64,000 nucleotides of DNA from an uncultured Chloroflexia bacterium (GCA_963739865.1 CAVUCA010000011.1:25028-89027); one strand, 5' to 3'. Numbered from the stretch's first letter, positions 10,499 to 20,753 are shown. The notes: a model not told the origin generated them from the sequence alone. Numbers and translations are program-made.

Positions 10499-12256
10499 TT
10501 AAGGTTTCCTCCTTGATTGTTCTCCGGAAACCTGTCCGGCAGCCAGTTGTGAAAGATATGTTTCCTTGTAAAGTCCATTTATCGCCATCAAATCATCATG
10601 TTTACCCTGCTCAACAATCCGGCCATCTTTAAGTACCAGGATAATGTCAGCATTACGGATGATGGGCAGCCGGTGGGTAATGATGAAAGTGGTACGATTC
10701 TTAATCAACCTTTCCAAAGCCAGTCGTATCAAGTGTTCGGTATCGGCATCAACGCTGGACATGGAATCGTCCAATACCAATATCCGAGGGTTCAATAATA
10801 AAGCCCGGGCAATAACGATCCGTTGTTTTTCACCCCCGGATAAGGTCACACCCCGCTCCCCCACCCACGTCTTATATCCTCCGGGCAGACTTTCGATAAA
10901 ATCATGTATCTGTGCTGCTTTGGCCGCAGTAATAACACTATCCATACCGGCATCCGGAACCCCGTAGGCAATATTGTCCCTTACGGTAGCAGAAAAGAGA
11001 AACACGTCCTGCTGGGCAATACCCACATTCTGACGGAGGGAAGCCAGTTTAACATCACGGATGTCTACACCATCTATCCTGATACTACCGCTGGTGACAT
11101 CATAAAAACGGGACAACAGATTGGTTATCGTACTCTTACCGCTGCCGGAACCGCCAATCAACGCTACTGTCTGTCCAGGTTCAGCGGTAAAGGATACATC
11201 ATCCAAAGCCGGTCCCATGGAATCATAACTGAAACTAACATGCTGGAATTCGACCTTGCCTTTCACAGTACCCAGAGAGACGGCATTGGGTTTTTCCTTG
11301 ACCATAGATTCGGTATCAAAGATTTCCAGGATACGTTGGCCTGCGGAAATAGTACGGGAATACATATTCGATATCATACCCAGGCGCCGTATCGGCATCC
11401 CGAACATACCAATATAAAGAATGAACTCGGTTATTTGGCCTATAGTCATACTGCCGTCAATAACCTGGCGGCCACCGTACCACAAAACCAGGGCAGTAGG
11501 CAAACCCAGGAGGAAGGTCATCAAAGGCATATTGATCGCAGTCTGCCGGGCAGCGTTCACCTGCTCATCATTTAACTTCTTGGCATCAATAGCGAATTTT
11601 CGGCTCTCTTCCTCCTGACGGGAAAAAGCTTTTACTACCCGGATACCGTTCAGACTTTCCTGTAAGGTAGTACCTAAAGCAGCGATAAGCTGCTGTACAC
11701 TCAACCAGATCGGCCGGAGTTTTGCGCTGAGGATCACGGTTACCCAGGCGATAAAGGGGAAAAAAGCCAGTGTCATCAAGGCCAGAGACCAATTGGCAAC
11801 TATCATGACATAAGCGATTCCGACAGCCAGCAAGACTATCTGGATAACACTCAACAACCCCATCGCAAGGAACATCCTGACAGCTTCGATATCTACCGTA
11901 GCCCGGGACATCAATTGTCCAGTCTGAGCTTTATCATGATAGGCAAAGCTTAGTTTTTGAAGATGGTCGTAAAGGGCATTACGGATATCATAGGAGACTT
12001 TTTGGGATACAACCTGAGTCAGGTATTGTTGAACATATCCAGCCAGGCCTCGCAAGGCTGCGGCCCCGACGATGACACCGGCTGCGATATACAGATAAGT
12101 CTGATTGTCTGCATCTAGTACCGCATCGATGCCTCTCCCCAGCATCCGCGGAACTACCAGGCTAAAAACAGTACTGGCCAGTAGACATATCAAGGTTACT
12201 GCCAGGGTAACCCAGTATTTTTTCACAAAGCGCAGTAAGCGCAATACTACTTTCAT
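10499..12256 (-). CDS. ABC exporter, fused permease/ATPase (heterodimer partner A)
   Basis: TM domain plus GGSGSGKST, LSGGEKQR, ILVLDDSMS. Confidence 0.92.
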   Translation of the reverse strand: MKVVLRLLRFVKKYWVTLAVTLICLLASTVFSLVVPRMLGRGIDAVLDADNQTYLYIAAGVIVGAAALRGLAGYVQQYLTQVVSQKVSYDIRNALYDHLQKLSFAYHDKAQTGQLMSRATVDIEAVRMFLAMGLLSVIQIVLLAVGIAYVMIVANWSLALMTLAFFPFIAWVTVILSAKLRPIWLSVQQLIAALGTTLQESLNGIRVVKAFSRQEEESRKFAIDAKKLNDEQVNAARQTAINMPLMTFLLGLPTALVLWYGGRQVIDGSMTIGQITEFILYIGMFGMPIRRLGMISNMYSRTISAGQRILEIFDTESMVKEKPNAVSLGTVKGKVEFQHVSFSYDSMGPALDDVSFTAEPGQTVALIGGSGSGKSTITNLLSRFYDVTSGSIRIDGVDIRDVKLASLRQNVGIAQQDVFLFSATVRDNIAYGVPDAGMDSVITAAKAAQIHDFIESLPGGYKTWVGERGVTLSGGEKQRIVIARALLLNPRILVLDDSMSSVDADTEHLIRLALERLIKNRTTFIITHRLPIIRNADIILVLKDGRIVEQGKHDDLMAINGLYKETYLSQLAAGQVSGEQSRRKP

Positions 12257-12271
12257 ATATAACGAAAAATA

Positions 12272-12772
12272 TTAGTCACCGACAATATCGACGATATCGT
12301 TATGAGTCCGTACCAGGATATCATGAACACGCTGTAGTTTATCACCATTCATACGCCGGATTTCCCATCTTAAGACATCAGAAACCCGGTGAAACTCGCG
12401 CATCGTCCGCTTACGGGCTTCAGCATTTTCCGGAGCTGCCCATGCATTCATACGCGTTTCGATTTCACGGCCAAGTTCAGCATTCTCTTCCAGAAAGTGC
12501 AAACCATCGTCTGTTATCGAATATACCTTTTTTCCTTCTTTGAGTATTGAGGTAACATATCCATGACTCTCCAGCATTTGAAGTCTCGGATAAATCGTAC
12601 CGGCACTGGGGACATAAAGGCCATGTAAATGGTCTTCTAAAGCCCGGATAATCTCATAACCATGCCCCGGTTTGTCTTTTAAATAAGAAAGGATAATGTA
12701 CTTGAAAACACCTTTCTGGAAAGGTCCCTCCGCACGGAGATGTCCACCTGGAAAATGTGGATTAAAGGTCAA
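12272..12772 (-). CDS. PadR family transcriptional regulator
   Basis: Winged-helix core GHGYEIIRALEDHLHGLYVPSAGTIYPRLQMLESHGYV. It is the first gene of the PadR-ABC-ABC operon. Confidence 0.88.
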   Translation of the reverse strand: MTFNPHFPGGHLRAEGPFQKGVFKYIILSYLKDKPGHGYEIIRALEDHLHGLYVPSAGTIYPRLQMLESHGYVTSILKEGKKVYSITDDGLHFLEENAELGREIETRMNAWAAPENAEARKRTMREFHRVSDVLRWEIRRMNGDKLQRVHDILVRTHNDIVDIVGD

Positions 12773-12788
12773 CTACTTCTCCTTATAG

Positions 12789-12808
12789 CGATATAATTAG
12801 ATATATCG
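12789..12808. promoter_or_regulatory. imperfect palindrome upstream of padR (candidate operator)
   Basis: CGATATAATTAGATATATCG lies 17-36 nt upstream of the padR start. The arms match 7 of 8. Confidence 0.25.
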
Positions 12809-12902
12809 AAATATATTATAAGAAATGAGAAATAAGTGTGTCAAGGTCTTAAAAGAGGTAAATTCTTATGATGAACTAACCGACTTTACCGGATAGGAAT
12901 TT

Positions 12903-13682
12903 TTATTGGGCGATATAACCACCGTCTATGATCAATTCACTCCCGGTAATGAACTTCGATTCATCTGAGGCAAGATATAACACACCATAGGCTACATCGG
13001 CAGGTTCTCCATAATGCCGCAGCGGAATTCTACTTAACAGCCGGCGGTTGAATTCCTCCTGACCTTCGGGAGCATTCTTACCGACTCCGTCGAGCATCGG
13101 TGTCCATATCCATCCCGGATGGATTGAGTTGACCCTGATATTATCCCGGGCATAGCACACCGCATCGGACTTGGTCATCAAACGCACCGCCCCTTTGGCT
13201 GCGTGATACAAAAACGGGGGGGGATCGTCAACCCCACCTACAATTCCATATACCGAGGAAATGTTTACAATACTACCTCCGCCACTCTGCTTGATATATT
13301 GGACCGCATGTTTAGTGCACAGAAAGACGCCCCGGGCATCGATGTTCATTAACTGGTCCCATTCGGCAATGGTTATTTCGTGAGTTGGCTTAATGGCCCC
13401 GGTGATACCGGCATTATTCACCAGTATGTGCAACCGGCCAAATTCTTCAAACACCCGGGCACAGGCTTGTTTAATATCATCCTCACGGGTCACATCCATA
13501 TGGAGATACCTGGCTGTACCGCCATTTTCACCGATAACCTTTACTAGTTCCTGGCCTAAATCATCCTGGATATCAGCATTTATCACCATAGCTCCTTCTT
13601 TAGCCATAAGTAAACAGGTAGCCCGGCCTAATCCGGTAGAGCCCCCGGTAACGATAGCTACTTTTCCTTGTACTCGCCCCAT
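12903..13682 (-). CDS. SDR family oxidoreductase
   Basis: TGGSTGLG cofactor motif, NNAG, catalytic YHAAK. Confidence 0.88.
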   Translation of the reverse strand: MGRVQGKVAIVTGGSTGLGRATCLLMAKEGAMVINADIQDDLGQELVKVIGENGGTARYLHMDVTREDDIKQACARVFEEFGRLHILVNNAGITGAIKPTHEITIAEWDQLMNIDARGVFLCTKHAVQYIKQSGGGSIVNISSVYGIVGGVDDPPPFLYHAAKGAVRLMTKSDAVCYARDNIRVNSIHPGWIWTPMLDGVGKNAPEGQEEFNRRLLSRIPLRHYGEPADVAYGVLYLASDESKFITGSELIIDGGYIAQ

Positions 13683-13842
13683 CTAGTACCTCCTGTATTA
13701 AAATTCGGTTTCAGTCTATTATTGGAATTCATTGTAGTCAAGTTGACTACCGGTGATTTGAATAAACTGGGACAAACAAGACGGCTATCTTTTCATTCCA
13801 TGCTACGTTATATAGAATGCAATACGATTTACAGGAGGTTTT

Positions 13843-15114
13843 ATGAAACGGCTGATTCTTTTAATGTTAACCGCTATTTTAATAGTTGGAATCACAGGAT
13901 GCAACCCTGCTGCTTCAGCAGGGGTAGTAAAATCAGATAAACCGCGAGATACATCACCGGAAGTCAACACTGACACACAGTCTGAACTGGTCGAAGGAAA
14001 CAACACCTTTGCCTTAAAATTGTACCAATCTCTCACTGACCAGGGCGAAAACATATTTTTCTCCCCATACAGTATCTCTGAGGCATTGGCGATGACCTTC
14101 GCCGGAGCTGCGGGAGACACAGAGAAAGCTATGGCAGATGCCATGGAATTTACCCTTGATCAGGACAAACTGCATCCGGCCTTCAACTGGCTCGACTTGG
14201 AATTTGAGAAAAGAGGCCAGGGGGCTGAAGGAAAGGACGGGGAAGGGTTCCGTCTTCGTATCGCGAATTCTATCTGGGGACAAAAGGATTTCAAGTTCCT
14301 GTCTCCATTCCTGGATGTCCTGGCAATCAATTATAGTGCCGGACTTAGGACCGTCGACTTTATTAAAGATACTGAAAAGTCCCGTATCACTATTAACGAT
14401 TGGGTCGAAGAACAAACTGAAAACCGCATCAAGGACCTCATTCCTCAAGGTGGAGTAAACCAGATGACCCGTATGGTCCTAACCAACGCTATTTATTTCA
14501 ACGCTGCCTGGTTAAACCCGTTCAAAGAGGAAATGACTTACAATGGTACTTTCACTAAAATCAACGGCAACCCTATTAGCATTCCCTTGATGAAACAGAT
14601 CGGATCAATGCGTTACACTGAAGGTGATAAATACCAGGCAGTTGAACTGCAATATGACGGCCGTGAACTATCCATGGTCGTCATTTTACCCAAAGACGGG
14701 GAATTTAGTAATTTTGAGTCGTCCCTGGATGATGCGAATCTTCAACGGATCATTGGTCAATTAAGAACATACTCGGTTACCCTGACGTTGCCGAAGTTCG
14801 AATACGAGTCATCTTTCAGCTTGAAAGATGCCCTCAGCCAGCTAGGTATGTCGGTTGCATTTTCCGATGGGGCTGATTTCTCCGGGATGGATGGGGAGAA
14901 AGACCTTTTTATCCAGGATGTTTTGCATAAAGCTTTCGTATCAGTAGACGAAGCCGGGACCGAAGCTGCGGCAGCTACCGCAGTCATGGTAGGGACTACT
15001 TCCATGCCGGAGTCAGCAACAATTACGATAAACCGGCCTTTTATTTACCTCATCCGGGATAATGCCACCGGTAGTATCATCTTCCTGGGACGGGTGATGG
15101 ACCCCACCAAATAA
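13843..15114 (+). CDS. serpin family protein, predicted lipoprotein
   Basis: Lipobox LIVGITGC. Serpin body with the inhibitory-type hinge EAGTEAAAATAV followed by a reactive-centre loop and NRPFIYLIRD. Confidence 0.88.
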   Translation: MKRLILLMLTAILIVGITGCNPAASAGVVKSDKPRDTSPEVNTDTQSELVEGNNTFALKLYQSLTDQGENIFFSPYSISEALAMTFAGAAGDTEKAMADAMEFTLDQDKLHPAFNWLDLEFEKRGQGAEGKDGEGFRLRIANSIWGQKDFKFLSPFLDVLAINYSAGLRTVDFIKDTEKSRITINDWVEEQTENRIKDLIPQGGVNQMTRMVLTNAIYFNAAWLNPFKEEMTYNGTFTKINGNPISIPLMKQIGSMRYTEGDKYQAVELQYDGRELSMVVILPKDGEFSNFESSLDDANLQRIIGQLRTYSVTLTLPKFEYESSFSLKDALSQLGMSVAFSDGADFSGMDGEKDLFIQDVLHKAFVSVDEAGTEAAAATAVMVGTTSMPESATITINRPFIYLIRDNATGSIIFLGRVMDPTK

Positions 15115-15141
15115 TAAACAACAACTAATAAGAAAAGAGAA

Positions 15142-15174
15142 AAGAGGGACGTTAATTACAGCGTCCCTCTTTTG
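15142..15174. terminator. bidirectional hairpin between convergent genes
   Basis: AAGAGGGACG (15142-15151), 10-nt loop, CGTCCCTCTT (15162-15171), flanked by A-rich and T-rich tracts. Confidence 0.6.
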
Positions 15175-15930
15175 CTAAATGTCTTTACTTGATAGGGCAC
15201 GTTGGGATAGGTATACAAACAATATTGTCAGGACTACCGTGACCGCCATCGCCCACCAATAAGTATCACCACCGGTTAATATACTATTACCCCATCCCAG
15301 CAATTGCCCCGGCATAAAATCGCCCACTTTTGGTACTGCAGTTAATATCGCCTGGCCGATAATCACTGCCAGGGCAACCACACCTGCTGCTAAAGAACTA
15401 CGAAATATACTGGAAAATAATAATGTTATAGAAATACTGAATACCATGAATAAAGCGACCATTATATTCAGGCCTATGAAATTACTGACATCTGCACCAC
15501 CGATCAACCATACCGTATAACCAAAACATACCAGGGAAGATGCTGCCAGAGAAACCAATGATGTCATACTTAACGCTAATAGTTTTGCTGTGACAAAAGC
15601 AGTACGGCTGATTGGTTTGCTGAGTACGATCAGAGCTGTACCACGCTGTAACTCATTGGCGATACTTCCCATCACTACCAGTACAATGACAAATATACCG
15701 ATTTGGCTGATATCACCAGCATAACTTAACAATGCTTCTATTGCAGTCGGTGGAGGAAAATTCATCTCCACCCCTTCACCCGCCATCTTTATTATTTCCG
15801 GCAGGTATTTTAAGGTCAGAGGAGTTGTCAGGCCAAAAAGCAGAAAAACACTCATTACTACCAGGAACCGGTATGTTTTGAATTGTTCTTTTATCTCTTT
15901 TTTTAGAAGAGGCAGTAGTCCTTGCATCAA
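15175..15930 (-). CDS. ABC-2 type transporter permease
   Basis: 251 aa with about 6 TM helices. Overlaps the upstream ATPase gene by 4 nt. Confidence 0.75.
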   Translation of the reverse strand: MMQGLLPLLKKEIKEQFKTYRFLVVMSVFLLFGLTTPLTLKYLPEIIKMAGEGVEMNFPPPTAIEALLSYAGDISQIGIFVIVLVVMGSIANELQRGTALIVLSKPISRTAFVTAKLLALSMTSLVSLAASSLVCFGYTVWLIGGADVSNFIGLNIMVALFMVFSISITLLFSSIFRSSLAAGVVALAVIIGQAILTAVPKVGDFMPGQLLGWGNSILTGGDTYWWAMAVTVVLTILFVYLSQRALSSKDI

Positions 15931-16865
15931 TTACCTCCTCCACTCAAGATTTTTTCAAATATCTCTTCCAGGTCTGGCAAAGTCAACTCATACCGCCGCA
16001 GGGTCAAACCGCTGTTACTGACCAGGCGAGGTAATTCTTTATTGGCAAGATTGATATCAATTGCCCGTACCCTGACCACAGGATTACCGTTTTCCAGGAC
16101 GACTAAAGGTTCGGCTAACCAGGGTACCTTTCTAAGGGTCTCGAGAAAAGCGGACGGATCTTCAACAAACTCCATCTCGAATATCGAACGGGCATACTTC
16201 TTTTGTAAAGCGTCGACCGTTGATATCGTCATCAACTTACCCTTATTGATAATTCCGACCATATCACAGACCCGCTCAACATCGGAGAGAATATGAGTGG
16301 ACATAAAAACCGTTGCGGTTTCTCGCAGGTTATGCACGAGTGTCAATATTTCTTTACGGCCGATCGGATCTAGTGCAGAAGTCGGTTCATCCATAAACAG
16401 CACTTTCGGCCGGTTCATCAAAGCCTGGGCAATTCCTAGCCGCTGCCGCATGCCACGGGAATATCCGCCGATATTACGGCGGGCAGATTGCTTTAGATCG
16501 ACTAGTTCCAGCAATTCAGCGGTCCGTTTTTTTATCTCCGCCGGTGGTATTTGATGCAGTTCACCAACGAAAGCGAGGAAATCTCTACCAGTCATCCAGT
16601 TGTAAAAGGCCGGGACGTCAGGCAGCAAACCGGTTTTCGACTGTAGCTGTAGGTTTCCCCCACCCACGCTTTCACCTGCCACCCAGGCCTTACCGGAAGT
16701 AGGGCGGGAGAAACCGGTCAACAATCTAACCGTCGTAGTTTTACCAGCACCATTCGGGCCGAGGAATCCGAAGATAACATTATCAGGGACTTCAAGATCT
16801 AGACCATCGACTGCCTTGATCGTACCATATGACTTGGACAGGTTCTCAGTCTTTATCGCTGTCAA
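15927..16865 (-). CDS. ABC transporter ATP-binding protein
   Basis: GPNGAGKTT, YSRGMRQR, VLFMDEPTS. Confidence 0.92.
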   Translation of the reverse strand: MTAIKTENLSKSYGTIKAVDGLDLEVPDNVIFGFLGPNGAGKTTTVRLLTGFSRPTSGKAWVAGESVGGGNLQLQSKTGLLPDVPAFYNWMTGRDFLAFVGELHQIPPAEIKKRTAELLELVDLKQSARRNIGGYSRGMRQRLGIAQALMNRPKVLFMDEPTSALDPIGRKEILTLVHNLRETATVFMSTHILSDVERVCDMVGIINKGKLMTISTVDALQKKYARSIFEMEFVEDPSAFLETLRKVPWLAEPLVVLENGNPVVRVRAIDINLANKELPRLVSNSGLTLRRYELTLPDLEEIFEKILSGGGN

Positions 16866-17079
16866 GAGGTGCCTCCTGCCGCCCGAAAAGTAGATAAATA
16901 ATCGGGCCGATGATATTTACTAAAACGATCACGATTATCCAGACCACCTTGTTGTTCCCTCTCACCCGTTCCCGCCGGATAACATCAACCAGGGCGATCA
17001 CCATCAATGCAAATTCCAATATCATAAGGGGTATGATCAAGGGCAGCAAACTTACTATCTGCTTTAACGATTCGTCCAT
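16846..17079 (-). CDS. PLD nuclease N-terminal (PLDc_N) small membrane protein
   Basis: 77 aa, two TM helices, signature-like VWIIVIVLVNIIGPIIYLLFGR. Confidence 0.65.
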   Translation of the reverse strand: MDESLKQIVSLLPLIIPLMILEFALMVIALVDVIRRERVRGNNKVVWIIVIVLVNIIGPIIYLLFGRQEAPLDSDKD

Positions 17080-17139
17080 TTCATTTTCCTCTTATCATTT
17101 TCATGAGGTCCAGTATTATCCAGTGATTAATGGAAATCA

Positions 17140-18129
17140 TTATATATCAGCTGCTTTCCGGCCGGAAACCAAACTGATCACGGCTGCCAGGCGTTCGGTA
17201 TTGTCAGAGCCAATGAGATATTTTTTGCCGCCGGCAGTAGTTATCTTGACCCCCCGGTTACCGCGTAGATAATATGCCTGCATTTCTCGGTTGAAACGGA
17301 TTCCATAGCCGCCGAAATCACGTAACGGCGCAAATTCATGTTTTTCTACAGCATCGATATCGGCTAATTTTAGCTGTAAGACCTTTATCCCCAGTATTCC
17401 CAGGCGAATCGTCAAATCATGTCGCGTGATGATTACCCGCAGCCCGCCGTACATGATGAATGAGGGGATGATCGCTACTAGTAATAATCCGGACAGCCAT
17501 GGTTGTTCGAACCATATCCAGATTGCGATCCCCACCATTAACAGCGGCATCAAGACCGATATCAAGCTCACGTATAACGGATTCTGGTAGTCCCAGTATA
17601 CAAACGGGGCTTTCGACTTTAAACGACGCGAAATGTCCTCATCTAAGGACAAGGCAGGCGATTCCATCAAGGCCGGAGAAAAACGACGGTAAGGCCGTAT
17701 TAGTTCCAGTATTACTGCCAACAAGGCCGCTCCTCCCCCCACCAATCCAAGAGAAAACCAGGGGAAATTGAAAACCTCCAATCCCTGTCTCAAGTAAATC
17801 AGGTAGCCTATGTTGATCCCCGCCATAGCACCGATGGTAATATCATCCATTAACGATAACCAGTTAAATGTTTTCTGTTTTTCCTGTCGCGTCCACAGTT
17901 CATCGAGAATAAAAGAGATGGTAATGAACAATAAAGATAAACCAATCATCAACCCCACCACCTCCCATAGAGAACCGAAACGGTTGGGTATTCCCCCGTA
18001 ATTGAAATGGACCGGAACTTTAGCAGGTAAAGTACCGCCGGCGAAAGTGTATATGAGAAACACCGCCAGGGCAGTTACTGCCGGTAAATGAGTCCATATG
18101 GGGTGTACCAATTTGGTATTCACTATCAT
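17140..18129 (-). CDS. polytopic membrane protein with DUF1648-like N-terminus
   Basis: LPAKVPVHFNYGGIPNRFGS resembles DUF1648 (SdpI/YhfL N-terminal). There are several TM helices and a soluble C-terminal ~90 aa. Confidence 0.5.
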   Translation of the reverse strand: MIVNTKLVHPIWTHLPAVTALAVFLIYTFAGGTLPAKVPVHFNYGGIPNRFGSLWEVVGLMIGLSLLFITISFILDELWTRQEKQKTFNWLSLMDDITIGAMAGINIGYLIYLRQGLEVFNFPWFSLGLVGGGAALLAVILELIRPYRRFSPALMESPALSLDEDISRRLKSKAPFVYWDYQNPLYVSLISVLMPLLMVGIAIWIWFEQPWLSGLLLVAIIPSFIMYGGLRVIITRHDLTIRLGILGIKVLQLKLADIDAVEKHEFAPLRDFGGYGIRFNREMQAYYLRGNRGVKITTAGGKKYLIGSDNTERLAAVISLVSGRKAADI

Positions 18130-18147
18130 GCTCCTTTATTCGAGGTA

Positions 18148-18525
18148 CTATTTGAGCCTATCCAGTTGTTTCATGAGAAGCCGCCGCAGGTTTTCCGACG
18201 CCATACCAGTCAGTAAAGCATCGGTCACCACTTCCTTGAGGCGTGCTTCGATACCTGTCTCTAAAGCGACATCGATTTGATACTGCCGGCTCCGGTTAAT
18301 AACTGCCCGCCGTCCCAGCCTTAGCCTGATTATTCCATTATCCCGCAGTTTGAGATAAGCACTCCGGACTGTGTGCATATTTATACCCAGGCTTTCCGCT
18401 AGTTCCCTGACCGAAGGCAACTCAGTACCTGGCAACAACGAACCATTACTCACCTGCTCTTTGATCTGGCTGGTGATTTGTAGATATAGCGGGCGGTTGT
18501 CGCTTTCATCTATCGTTAACAACAT
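18148..18525 (-). CDS. GntR family regulator, YtrA subfamily
   Basis: 125 aa, HTH LPSVRELAESLGINMHTVRSAY with a short C-terminal tail. It is the first gene of the ABC-2 operon. Confidence 0.88.
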   Translation of the reverse strand: MLLTIDESDNRPLYLQITSQIKEQVSNGSLLPGTELPSVRELAESLGINMHTVRSAYLKLRDNGIIRLRLGRRAVINRSRQYQIDVALETGIEARLKEVVTDALLTGMASENLRRLLMKQLDRLK

Positions 18526-18537
18526 CGTACCACTTCC

Positions 18538-18573
18538 AACTGTTATATTTATACTATAACAGTTATAACAGTT
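18538..18573. promoter_or_regulatory. candidate YtrA operator (inverted plus direct repeat of TATAACAGTT)
   Basis: AACTGTTATA (18538-18547), 7 nt, TATAACAGTT (18555-18564), then ATAACAGTT again (18565-18573). It starts 13 nt upstream of the gntR start. Confidence 0.5.
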
Positions 18574-18698
18574 CCCGTCAATAGAAAAAAACTGTTTTTT
18601 ATTATGTTTAATGATACAATGACCGCAGGTTATCCCGGTGTTAAATCAAGCATTTTCACATTCGGGAGACAGGTAGCCGGAAAAAGGAGGGCATCGGT

Positions 18699-19145
18699 AT
18701 GGCGAATATCAATGTCAAACGTAATCAGTATGTCACTGAACTAAAGACGGGGTTTTCCGTCTTTAAAGAAGTAGTTCCACCGCAGCTAGGCATCTCAGGC
18801 GGAACCGACCTGGGTGGGGCAAACTTCTCCCTGGGTTGGTCGCTCCTAACACAACCATTCGTGATGGTCATGGATGCCCACCGGCATGATTTCGACCAGG
18901 CGGTTTTCTTCATGGGCGGCGATCCCTACAGCGCCGGTGATTTCGATGCCGAGGTCGAGTTCTCGGTAGGAGAAAATGGTGAGAAGCATATTATCAACTA
19001 TCCGGCTTGTGTCTACATCCCTAAAGGTACTCTACATGGGCCACTGAACGTGAAGAGGGTTACTAAACCGTTGATGTTTATCGATATCACCTTCTCACCC
19101 GGTTATTCTATCCGGCCGGTTCCTCCCGGATCAGAACGGAAATAA
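18699..19145 (+). CDS. hypothetical protein, possibly cupin-like
   Basis: 148 aa, AAGGAGG 8 nt before the ATG, strong terminator downstream. HRHDFDQAVFF…GTLHGP suggests a cupin-type fold. Confidence 0.6.
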   Translation: MANINVKRNQYVTELKTGFSVFKEVVPPQLGISGGTDLGGANFSLGWSLLTQPFVMVMDAHRHDFDQAVFFMGGDPYSAGDFDAEVEFSVGENGEKHIINYPACVYIPKGTLHGPLNVKRVTKPLMFIDITFSPGYSIRPVPPGSERK

Positions 19146-19176
19146 CAGGCGGTTATAACTTATACCTAATAATGAG

Positions 19177-19210
19177 AAAAAGGAGCCGGATTACTCCGGC
19201 TCCTTTTTTT
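19177..19210. terminator. bidirectional rho-independent terminator
   Basis: Perfect 10-bp stem AGGAGCCGGA/TCCGGCTCCT, loop TTAC, flanked by A4 and T7. Confidence 0.85.
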
Positions 19211-19232
19211 AAAACGATTCTTTTATTACTTT

Positions 19233-19769
19233 TTATTTGTACTTGTCGTAGCAAACTATCTGCTCGATGGGCTTGCGGTCTTTCGGGCGGCCCTCTTCAT
19301 CAGGAATTCCCAGGGTAAGCAATTGGACAACTTTACACTTATCAGGAATACTTAAAATGCTTTTTACCGTTTCCTGGTTGAAAGCGCCGATCCAGCAAGT
19401 ACCCAATCCGAGGTCGAAAGCAGCCAGTGTCATGTGATCGATAGCTATCGCCACATCCACCGGATAGCCCGGAACATCACAGATCATCATCTTCTCCGGG
19501 TCTGTAGAAACTGCGGCGATCACCACCGGTGCCTGGGCAACGTGCTTCTGGCCTCCGGTAGCTTCAGATAATTTCGCCCGGGTTTTTTGATCTTTCACCA
19601 CTACGAACTTCATCTCCTGGCGGTTAGCGCCTGAAGGGGCCAGGCGTGCAGCTTCCAGTACCTTATTAAGTTTGTCCTCGGGTATGGGGATGGTCTTATA
19701 AGCTCGTATACTTTTCCGTTTTGCGATCGCTTCCAGTACATCCATTTGAGAAACCTCCGGTTTTTTCAT
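19233..19769 (-). CDS. nitroreductase family protein
   Basis: RKSIRAY…APSGANRQ N-terminal motif and ~178 aa size. Confidence 0.85.
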   Translation of the reverse strand: MKKPEVSQMDVLEAIAKRKSIRAYKTIPIPEDKLNKVLEAARLAPSGANRQEMKFVVVKDQKTRAKLSEATGGQKHVAQAPVVIAAVSTDPEKMMICDVPGYPVDVAIAIDHMTLAAFDLGLGTCWIGAFNQETVKSILSIPDKCKVVQLLTLGIPDEEGRPKDRKPIEQIVCYDKYK

Positions 19770-19806
19770 TTGGCAAACACCTGATAACTAAAATATCAAC
19801 AATTTT

Positions 19807-20610
19807 TTACGCATTCTTAAATAATTCATACAGTCGGGTCATACCTATATTCTGTATCATTGCCGTCCGTTCGTTACGGGGGAAACTCTCGAACAAGTTC
19901 AGGTTTTTTTGTGCTTCTTCCAGTGTCATCCCCTTCTTGATAGCAGATTTCACAACGTCAATAGCCCCCTGGAGGATACCGATCATGATATCGAGGTGGT
20001 CCCGGTCGCAGACCTTCCCATGTCCAGGCACGATCTTCGCCACGTCCAGTTTCTTTAGCTGCTGCAACGACGCAATCCAGTCGAATGGTACCGCCTGGTG
20101 CAGGAACGGCGGTACACCAAAAGTCACATTATCCGAGGTAAAGAGTACTTTTTCTTCCGGAACGTACACCGACACCTGGAAAGGAGTATGGCCCGGTGTA
20201 TGTAAAAGTTGGAAAGTATGACTTCCCACATAAAGTGTTAGTCTTTCAGAAAAAGTGATCACCGGCGGGCGGTAATAGTATCCGGCAGGGGTAGTACCTG
20301 TCGGGTCGAATTGTTTTAAAGTCTCTGCATACTGTTCCAATTTAGATTCTAGTATCAGTTTTCTGGTACCCTCATGTGCTACAATGGGCGCCTCGAAAAA
20401 GAAGTTGCCGGAAACATGGTCGGCATGCGGTTCTCCGTTAATGATATACTTCACAGTCCCGAATTTAGCCATCTCGGCCTTCCATTTTTGCACATCATCG
20501 TACACCATCGGCGTATCGATCATCACCGGGCCTTCCGAAGTAGCCACGAAGCTGTGATTACAGCTCCGGTTGCCGAGTTGTACATAGATGTTATTACTTA
20601 TTTTTTCCAT
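19807..20610 (-). CDS. MBL-fold metallo-hydrolase
   Basis: GEPHADHVSGN (HxHxDH-like), TPGHTP and PGHG motifs. Confidence 0.85.
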   Translation of the reverse strand: MEKISNNIYVQLGNRSCNHSFVATSEGPVMIDTPMVYDDVQKWKAEMAKFGTVKYIINGEPHADHVSGNFFFEAPIVAHEGTRKLILESKLEQYAETLKQFDPTGTTPAGYYYRPPVITFSERLTLYVGSHTFQLLHTPGHTPFQVSVYVPEEKVLFTSDNVTFGVPPFLHQAVPFDWIASLQQLKKLDVAKIVPGHGKVCDRDHLDIMIGILQGAIDVVKSAIKKGMTLEEAQKNLNLFESFPRNERTAMIQNIGMTRLYELFKNA

Positions 20611-20723
20611 GATTCCTCCTTTATTGAAAAGTCCGGCAATTAGTTTAGTTCAATATAAGTCACGATGGCGCAGGTATTTGTTACAACACTCTAGGCAATA
20701 AGGCTTATCATGTCAAGCTGATA

Positions 20724-20753
20724 TTGAGTGTATTGTTTTAACAATGCTAAAAT
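20724..20753 (+). promoter_or_regulatory. candidate sigma-70 promoter of the radical SAM/AKR pair
   Basis: TTGAGT (20724-20729), 18 nt, TAAAAT (20748-20753), 35 nt before the ATG at 20788. Confidence 0.3.

Noticed and set aside
10904-11575. 223-aa plus-strand ORF
   Set aside because: It is antisense to the ABC exporter gene 10499..12256.
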